DNA from: Eledone cirrhosa
Lineage: Eukaryota
Length of the DNA: 64,000 nucleotides
Direction of reading: 5' to 3'
Assembly: GCA_964016885.1 (NCBI GenBank)
Contig: OZ024742.1
Location: forward strand, 191,518,001 to 191,582,000
Shown here: piece after piece, positions 54,511 to 64,000 of the stretch
Position numbering within the stretch: position 1 is the stretch's first letter
Layout: each line of letters opens with the position of its first letter
The notes under the pieces: generated by a model
Seen by the model: only the letters and a program-made list of their open reading frames with translations
Told to the model about the DNA's origin: nothing
Databases searched by the model: none
Made by a program: the position numbers and the translations under genes

Positions 54511-55100
54511 TGTCTCCTCATTACAGAACTTAACTTATAACAAACTGTACCCACATCTTTCTCTTAATATGTTTTAAAAGAGAATATATGTTAAGAATAA
54601 AATCAATTGGTAACACGCTATTATTGCGTTTAGTCAATAATAAATCTCACATTTCACAATATTTTCTAAACAAAACTGATTTACATTCACATAAATATTT
54701 ATTTTTTCTTCTCTCTTAAATAAGATATTGTATTTAAAAAAATACAAAGCTGTAATTTTCAACAGACATCGATTATGTAATGCTGCGACATTTATGGTAA
54801 AAGAAATTTAATTTAACCTTAACACGCCATAACAGAGAAAGAAATTACTTACTCAGAAGAAGTGAATTTATAATTGGCATAATAGGAATTGCGACAGTAA
54901 TGTATCGTCGTATTATTATGTATGTAATTATGTGGAGCTAATCGTTGTGTATATAGAGTATGTGGAGATAATTGATGCTGGGTGTATGTCGAAGACATTG
55001 TGTCGGTTGTAATACATGACAGTAAGTGAAACTAATCGTAACTACTTTTTAAAATATGTATAAACACACATTTATACAAGTGTTTAAATAATCCAATTCA

Positions 55101-55170
55101 TATATTTTGTCTGATGAGGATGTACTGAAAAAACAACACAGTACCTCTGAAATATATATAATAATGTATA
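55101..55170 (+). ncRNA. Type I hammerhead ribozyme, same subfamily as 11404-11470
   Basis: TATATTTTGT-CTGATGA-GGATGTACTG..CAGTACCTCT-GAAA-TATATA-TA-ATAATGTATA; downstream tail also similar. Confidence 0.85.
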
Positions 55171-55407
55171 TATTTTGATAATGAGAATATATTTCATTTG
55201 TTAATATTTTGAATAATACTTAAAACTCCAGGAAAACCACAGTTGAGTGCTTCTAATCTATTGTAAAATTGTATTCATTGAGTAATCAACAAAACATAAT
55301 AATCTTTGGTTATATATATATTTCAGAAGATCCCGTTAAGGGTGAAAGCAGCTATTCTTTGCTTAAATCTGTTATTTTAATATATATTCAATATATATTT
55401 AATCTGT

Positions 55408-55454
<47 letters not shown>

Positions 55455-55458
<4 letters not shown>

Positions 55459-55798
55459 TGTATACAACTCTGCTTTCATTACAACTGTACTCTAGTAAAA
55501 CTGCCTGTTTTTTTTTTTACAGATTTGCAACGTGTATTGCTTTAATCATTTGTATAACTACATCCTGTTCAGTGTTTTCCTTCATTATCAACATAGTTTT
55601 GTGTACAAATAATGTTCTTTTTTTACTTCCTAGCTGTATATTCTTAGCATAATTTCAAACCCCGAGCAACGCCGGGTAAATCTGGTTGTATATATTATTT
55701 CGTAGAATTTTTTCCCTTGGCAGTATCACCTGAGCACTCCCCTTTCCTTTCTTCTTTTAATTCCCACTAGTTGGCAGAGGCGCTTTTTTATTATGGCT

Positions 55799-55834
<36 letters not shown>

Positions 55835-56179
55835 CCATAATAAAAAAGCGCCTCTGCCAACTAGTGTGAATTAAAAGAAGAAAGGAAAGGTGAGTGCTCA
55901 GGTGATACTGCCAAGGGAAAAAATTCTACGAAATAATATATACAACCAGATTTACCCGGCGTTGCTCGGGGTTTGAAATTATGCTAAGAATATACAGCTA
56001 GGAAGTAAAAGAAGAACATTATTTGTACACAAAACTATGTTGATAATGAAGGAAAACACTGAACAGGATGTAGTTATACAAATGATTAAAGCAATACACG
56101 TTGCAAATCTGTAAAAAAAAAACAGGCAGTTTTACTAGAGTACAAAAAGTTGTAATGAAAGCAGAGTTGTATACAAACA
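55455..56179. repeat. ~345-bp inverted duplication centred on (TA)n
   Basis: Arms 55455-55800 / 55831-56179 with a few substitutions and one small indel. Confidence 0.92.
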
Positions 56180-57782
56180 AATAAACAATGAGAGTAGAAT
56201 AAGAGAAAATCTATTCTTTGAGAGCATCCTTTGCTGTGTATGGCTAAATTTTGAACTTATAATCCAAAATATCCTGCATGACATATTCATTGGTATGTGT
56301 TGTAATGAGTAAGATGAAGTCAAGGCAGAGTCGTAATAAGTATTTTTGTTAACACTAAAGCACTTCAGGATAGAGGATATTCTTTGTTTTTCTTTTCGGA
56401 ACAAACGCAAAGAGATTATCTCGACTGCCAACTCGTGAGCAGGCAACGTAGAATTGTCCGTGCGAAAAGCAAGACTCATCCAAGAGAATTCCAGTGACGG
56501 ACAGAGTTTGATCTTGCGACTTGTTTATGGACATCGCAAAGGTAACACGAAGGGGAAATTGGATTCGGCGAAAGGAGAAGGGAGTATCCAGACCAGATGT
56601 AGTCAGGCTAATTTTTGTTATTATCACATCCTCGCCTTTTCCACATCCGGATAGAATGGTAGCGTCAATACTAAGTGGAGACAGTTTTTTAACCACAAGG
56701 CGTGTACCATTGCATAGTTTTGGAGGAGTGATATTTCTCAGCAAAATAACTGGCGTTCCCTCTTTCAGAACCAATGTATTAGAAGGTAAACCAGGAGGAT
56801 TTAAAGAATTTTGAAATTCAACTCGATAGTTGACCACATCCTGTGGATCACATACAGGATCAATTGATTCATATATCCGTGGACATCCAGGAAGAATCCT
56901 GTTGAGTATGTTCCTTCATTGTCAAAAAAGTTTGATGTGTACGAATACAGCTGGAAGCATATATAATGCCTGCCTCAAATGTGGACGAAATTACTTTAAA
57001 CATTAAAAGCTGTAGGTCCCAATGGTTTGAATGGAAAGTCCCATAATTATTGTTCTAAAAATAAACATACCATCATCAAAATCTCGTCAATTCGAGACTG
57101 CTGCGAGATTAGACCCTTACCGCGAAAATTAACGCTTAATATAGTGAAACAATTTAAAACAAGTGTTTTTTTAACTTTGAAAGTGCAATAAATTTATTTT
57201 GTATCAACATGGCTTATGAATGTTTTAAAAATGTAAGAGCTGTAGGTCCCAATGGTTTGAATGGAATGTCCCATAACGATTGCTCTAAAAATAACCAAAC
57301 CATCATCAAAATCTCGTCAATTCGAGACTGCTGCGAGATTAGGCCCTTAACGCAAAAATGAACACTTAATATAGTGAAACAAGTTAAAACAACAAGTGTT
57401 TTTTAACTTTGAAAGTGCAACAAAGAATAAACAAGAAAGAAACGATAATATTAGTGATTTGTCTTCAAATGAATTTGATGTTTATATTTCTGAAATTTCG
57501 TCCGACTATGATTGTTGTTTTAAAATTGAAAACGAAAGTCACCATATCTCACTCTCTTTATAAGGATTGTCAATAAAGTTGGTTATCTCCCTTACATCAA
57601 TTTTGCTACCGATAATTTTGATATCGTGGGTCGATTGGAAAAAAATTGTGATGTGACCACCTTAGCGACCTGTGCAACGTACACAGAAAATTTGCTTAAA
57701 TTCGGTTGGTAATTGTAAAAGCCTTAGGTATCCAAAGTTGTACGCAGACACACACACATCCTCGCTTTTATATATATAAAGA
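55946..57782 (-). mobile_element. Internally deleted Helitron with helicase C-terminus (56355-56837)
   Basis: 5' A|TCTTTATATATATAAAAGCGAGG, 3' hairpin CCCGAGCAACGCCGGG then CTGG|T; LCNGTRL, QFPLRVTFAMSINKSQ, FSHGQFYVACSRV; ~230-bp internal tandem duplication 57005-57420. Confidence 0.88.
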
Positions 57783-57923
57783 TATATTAATGGTCTGAGG
57801 CAGGAGAATAGAAACGATTATCTGACATGCACCAAAGTAGAGCTGGAATCACACTTGCACTATGATGATCTCAGTGATATCTCTATGACACCAATACAGA
57901 GAAGACAATATCCCCCCCCCCCC

Positions 57924-57936
<13 letters not shown>

Positions 57937-57985
<49 letters not shown>

Positions 57986-58004
57986 GCGTGCGTGTGCGTG
58001 CGTA

Positions 58005-58102
<98 letters not shown>
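57937..58102. repeat. (GT)n microsatellite
   Basis: Long GT run. Confidence 0.98.
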
Positions 58103-58103
<1 letters not shown>

Positions 58104-58649
58104 CCTGTCAATTCTCCCTGTCCGACGGGGAGATCTTCTATACAAATTGAGTGGGTGAGAGATGTTTTCTCTTGTGAAAAAGCGGAAAGGTTCTAATTCT
58201 TAATTTGATACAGGCATGGGGTTATTCTTTATCTTTTAACAATGTTTTACCAATATGGTAAATATGTTATATAGTAGATTTACAGAGAAAAAACCGGTGT
58301 GGTTCGGTTAGAATTTTCCTTTCTTGGATTTTTTCTTGTGTGTTGAAATAACCTGACCTCCAAATCTCTCGGAAAGTAACGATGAAATAGGAGGTCTAAC
58401 ATCATGTACAATCTATATGTCTTTTCAGCTATCCCTCTACATTAGCTTTCAGGAAAAGTAGTTATTCGTCCGTGAATGGTATGTCAGACTCATTGAAAAC
58501 AAGCGAAAAAACATATAAAAGAAAAACAATGTACTACTAAAGAAATATCTGATTGTGCAAAAATCCGAGGAAAAATATTATTTCTCTCGTTACCCTAGCG
58601 GTTTTTATTCTATAAATTTAACCACTATATGTATATATATATATATATG

Positions 58650-58703
<54 letters not shown>

Positions 58704-59339
58704 TATATACACACTCAATTACTTTTTGCAATTATATATATAGTATGTGCACAATGTGTTCATGTTACATCGATGAAACGAATAAACCTTTATATTTACT
58801 CAACAGGATTACGAGACAAGTATAGTAATATATATCAATTAATGGCCTATCACACATACTGGCATCGTGCCGTAAACATAAGGAAACAATTATAAAAATA
58901 ACCACCTCACATATACCCACATAGGCAGACAGAAATTGTAACACACACACACGGAGGCTTTCACACATACACTTATATATGTACATGCAGAGACGGTAAC
59001 ATATATATACACACGCACATAGGCAGAAACATAAATGCATATTTACAAACTCAGTAGTTGGCAGGCGTACACACCCATACACATGATCAGTCACATATAC
59101 ACAGAAGTACTCATACAAAGAAGCAGTCACACACATGTACAGGCACATAAACATACCTAGTTGCATACGTTCATGTAGGCCTATACAATTTCGCAAATAC
59201 ATGGAATAAATCTCCATCTGTTTTGACAATGAGACTTCCATTTATTCTATCAATGAGACAGCCTTCTCGTGGAAAGAACATGTAAGTGACCGAGTATATA
59301 GAATACTCGTGTACACTTATCCTAATTCCAAGGGATATA

Positions 59340-59551
59340 CAGGGTGGCCCAAAAGTCACACAGGGGTTTTAGTTTTTATCAAATTCCTGAATTGTACAGA
59401 TTGGTGTATGAAATTTTGACACAACTTAAAGGACATAATGGAAATTATTTTCCACGCGTCAATCCTGGACACACCTTTACATTACTAAATATTATAAAAT
59501 TAAAAAAAATATAAATAGTTGCGACCCCTGTGTGACCTTTGGACCACCCTA
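59340..59551. mobile_element. Tc1/mariner-type MITE
   Basis: TIRs CAGGGTGGCCCAAAAGTCACACAGGGG / CCCCTGTGTGACCTTTGGACCACCCT, flanked by TA. Confidence 0.8.
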
Positions 59552-60125
59552 TACTAGGTTGATTCAGCGTTACTTAATATGTCACAAACAAGGTCAATTA
59601 AATTATAGGCACAGATCAACTGACGTGTTGCCCAAAATTTCCGCCTACCGAATTATACTTAAAATGCATGGGCCGATTCTAAACTATGGTAATGATACTT
59701 TCTCAAGATAGCAAGCAGTGGAAGTAAACCCGGGACCTAATGGTTGCAAGGCGAATTCCTTAACCATTCGATATGTTGCGCCTACAATCTTTGAAATCCA
59801 ATAAGACATAAATATTTATAAGTAGTCTATATTCATATGAGTAGGACATACGACGAAAAAAAAAGATATAAATGAAGAAATTATAAATTTTGTGCAGGAA
59901 ATGGATATATTCTTCGTCCAACTGTATTTATGTTTATTATTTATATATATTTTAATATAACTTATATCTTTTGTAATTGCCCTGTCTATCTACCAACATT
60001 GATGTTCATATATACACATTCGAACATATGTACGCAAGATCATACGTACATACTCGTATGCGCATACAAATGTATCATGCATATATAAATTCAGCTATAC
60101 GTACATGCTTACAAACACTTACGCT

Positions 60126-60160
<35 letters not shown>

Positions 60161-60169
60161 ATATGTAAT

Positions 60170-60356
60170 AATTGTTTCTACTTTAGGCACAAGGCCAGCA
60201 ATTACCCAGTGCATTACTGGTATTTTATTTTATCGACCCCGTAAGGATGAAAGGCAAAGTCAACCTCGGCGGGATTTGAACTCAGATCGTAAAGGGACGT
60301 AACTATGCTGGAAAGCATGGCGTCCGACCCTCTACCGATACTGCCAATCCACCGCC
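60170..60356 (-). mobile_element. tRNA-derived SINE, young subfamily
   Basis: Near-identical to the 46712 copy. Confidence 0.92.
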
Positions 60357-61488
60357 TTATAATAAACTATATATACATTTATAATATATACATTTATAAT
60401 ACATTTATATATACATTTATATAATACATTTATATATATTTATATATATTTATAAAACATTTATAATTATATAATTAAATATTTAAATTAATAACATGTA
60501 TATAATAATATAATAATAATAAAGTATATATACATTTATAATTAAATATAATATAATAGCATTTTATATAAGGGATTATCTTTTAAAACAATAATGTATA
60601 TTATTACACAAATGATATAACTATTTGGACATATAACCAGCTATGCAATTTCCCATAACATATATCTTGTCCAGTAATGGATAACAATCTAAAGGGACCT
60701 TTAATATATTATAATAAAATACACTGTATTTAAAATCAAGTATAAATATATAGCATTATGTAATAGAGATTCACTCGTATCACATTATAATGTGTATTAG
60801 AGCAAAGAATTTAACTAACTGAATTTAATTACCTAGTTACCTCCCCTTACGCATTAGCTCCCTTTACTCACTTCCGGAAATTAACCGTTGGAAAATCTAC
60901 CTGTTGAACAACTATAGTCCATGAATAAGAATACAATAATACTAATTTACAATCCATTGCTTTAACTAACTTAAAACTTTCAATATAAAGATTAACTAAA
61001 ATATAATTCAACATATGTAATGTAAAAGACTGCAATAACTTTGTTTCTCTCAACACACACAAATTCAAACACTATCAACATACTACATCCACCATAGATT
61101 TTAATACATTAACATATTTGCTGAAAATACAGTATTTATTTATCTATATATGCATATTAACTTTGCTTATTTCATTCTCATATATATGACTAACGCATGT
61201 GCACTTCCTACACGCTTGCATATGTATTGCTAATGTACTCTTTCTCTCTCAAAGCTGCTTTCTCAATGCCTCTTTAATTAATATACTATTCTCTTGTATT
61301 ATCTGTTGCATGTTTTCCACCCTGTGCTTTTAATTTGAATTTGAATTTTTGTACAATTCTCGTAAAATATATGTCACATCCATTCCACCCTGTAAATACG
61401 AAACTGTTGCTCACAACATCAATATATATGTATCTATATTATTGTTCAGTTGGGTAGGAAGTGAATTACATGTACAAACATTGAAAAT

Positions 61489-61533
61489 GCTCCGATGACT
61501 CCAAACGAGAGTTTGGAAAAAACAATTGTCAGC
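61489..61533 (+). ncRNA. Degenerate HHR, U4C core
   Basis: GCT-CCGATGA-CTCCAAAC-GAGA-GTTTGGA-aAAAA-CAATTG-TC-AGC; two G>A changes relative to an ideal fold. Confidence 0.6.
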
Positions 61534-61785
61534 TATTAAATGATTTGAACACAACTTTGATAACTGTCCAATTTATTTATTTTCCTGCTCTGTAAAACAA
61601 CTGATGTTCTTACATTGAGCTATTTCTCTTACTGGTAGTAGGAAATTACTGACCTTTCCTGTTTATAGTTGTTTATAGAATATACATAACTATGAATAGT
61701 ATTATATATATATATATCCGCACATAAATAGTTTCAGGAAACCGACGAGTAAACGTCGACTCTGCATGATCTCCTGACCTTCAAA

Positions 61786-62111
61786 AAAGGGTAACAAATC
61801 ACACTTTACTATATCAAAAACGAATTGAAACTTTGATACTGTTCGAAATGATTGTTTCTACTTTTGGTACAAGGCCAACAATTACCAAGTGCATTACTGG
61901 TACTTTATTTTATCGACCCCGTAAGGGTGAAAGGCAAAGTTAACCTCGGCGGGATTAACTTTGCCTTTCATCCTTACGGTGTCGATAAAATAAAGTACCA
62001 GTAATGCGCGGGTAATTGCTGGCCTTATGCCAAAAGTAGAAACAATTATTTCGAACAGTATCAAAGTTTCAATTCGTTTTTGATATAGTAAAGTCTGATT
62101 TGCTACCCTTT
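61786..62111. repeat. Inverted duplication of a SINE 3' part plus ~65 bp of 3' flank
   Basis: Arms 61786-61943 / 61955-62111. Confidence 0.9.
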
Positions 62112-63245
62112 CGAAATAATAAGGAAAAAGCACGGCTGTAGTGTCTTTCGCAGTAGGTGATCTCAGTCGTGGCTTATGTGGAGCCAAACATTATCCCCAC
62201 AACACCACAGACTAATTACAGCATTAGTCAACGTAATCTGTGCGGCTGCCCAGCCTGCTGGACATTTTTACCAAATACCATGTAATATACCAAATACCAT
62301 GTAATACCATGTCTGAAAATGGCGAGAAGATAATGGATGGAACATTTTTATATCACTGATCTCCAGAATACATCTTTAATAACAATAATATCATCTTTCA
62401 ACTGCTACAGAGGTGTTGTAGGCACAATTTCATGTTTGTACCTAAGCGAATTCCTTTCGTTGACGACAACAGGAAAGTTTCAGAGAAATGCATAACTATC
62501 ACAACATCTCATGTGTCCTTCTGTTAGGTATAAAACAACTTCAATGTTTCTATTTTATCTGCAGTTGCCTGTTTCCTGCACTAGAATACAGTAAACAGTC
62601 TTTGATTTCTGTTTGAAGTATTAGCAGACTTGCAGTTACACAAATATTGGTCCTGATTAAACACTGTAATACACGTAATCTCACCCTGATGGTGTAAAAT
62701 CACGTGGCCTCAGACAATCTGAGACCAGAAGTTCATTATATTGAAATTGAAGAATCACGTCAAATAGATTGTATGTGTAAAAACAAAGTTGTTGTTTTGT
62801 CAATAACCTATCTCTACACACACAGACGCACACAAACACACTGTCATTCGATAATTGAAGCCGGGGTTTAGTTTAAAGCGTTTCATCTTCGATAATTCAG
62901 TAAGTACGTAGCATGGTTGTTCGAAAAACTCAATAATTATCGTTAAAACAGAAGGAAGTCTATTTACATTTCTGACTTAGGAGACCAAAGATCATACACT
63001 GTCTAACATGTAGCATTCCATATTTTGAACAGATTCTGCTTATATGGCAAAAATATAGTATGAAAAGGTAATTGAAATATACAAATATGTGTCCCTTTGT
63101 AATGTGAGAAAATCAAATTCAACACACATTCTTAGTTGGCGATATGTCGAGAACCGTTCATACACATCTATCAAATTACATATTTATGTATGTATGCATT
63201 TATGTATGTATGCATGCAAGCATGTATGTATGTGTGTGCATACAA

Positions 63246-63327
<82 letters not shown>

Positions 63328-64000
63328 CTTCTCAATTGATTAGAACATCTGTCACGGAAGATTGCCACTGAAATTCTTCATGGCCGTTAAACTAAAACTA
63401 TTTCTGTTTAATCTTCGTTTGTAGCGCTCAATTTATTTCTTATTCATCTACTAATTCTCGGATCCTTTGAGAAATGACTCGTGCAAAGCTTCAATGTCCA
63501 GGAAGCTGTTGGTCACGTAGTATGTGTGTGTGTGTGTATATATATGTGTTTGTGTGTGTATGTACATTTGGTTGTGTGTGAGAAGGAGCATTGCCGTTCC
63601 TGCTAGAAAATCATCGAGATTTAGTATTATCCTCGATAAAGGTATTTTATGAATTAATCGTTGCAGACTTGTATTCGTGAGGGGCCTCCGTCGGTTTCGA
63701 TGTAATTGTTTGCTTGTGAAATGAATGTGTAAGAGGTTGATAAATCCACAAACACTTATATTCTTTATACTCAGGGAGATTTATTGTGACACCGTGTGAT
63801 AAGGCTGTCCCTTTGAAGCACACGTGAGCACAAGTGAAGTCCAAGCGACGGCTTCTAAACAGTTTATATCCTCCCAATTTAATTTACTATGTATGGATTG
63901 ACCCGAATCTATGGTAAATGACACTTGCCTATGATGTTCCTCTGTGGGATAGAACCCGTGATCTCATCATTGCGAAGCGATCTCCTTAATAACTATGCTG

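Overview
AT-rich, microsatellite-saturated eukaryotic DNA made almost entirely of transposable-element remains. An octopod mollusc is inferred from the tRNA-derived SINE family and the repeat landscape; this is not verified. No intact host gene is visible, and most ORF-track entries are translated (TA)n/(CA)n/(GA)n. Recognisable elements are a near-full-length degenerate Helitron (2752-8683), three smaller Helitron derivatives, several Penelope-like elements (PLEs) with Naiad hallmarks (YRDD RT, CxCx5C + GIY-YIG), Tx1/L1-type LINEs, an R4-like fragment, a Tc1/mariner MITE and more than 10 SINEs. The signal the ORF track misses is RNA structure. By eye I find about 16 canonical or near-canonical type I hammerhead ribozyme (HHR) motifs in at least 5 sequence families, plus about 5 variant-core candidates. 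They occur (i) at the 3' end of Naiad PLEs, (ii) as non-coding ~485-bp tandem monomers resembling retrozymes, with compensatory base changes between copies, and (iii) as fold-back pairs whose 3' ends always point outward, mostly into (TA)n. All folds were made by hand; activity is inferred, not shown.
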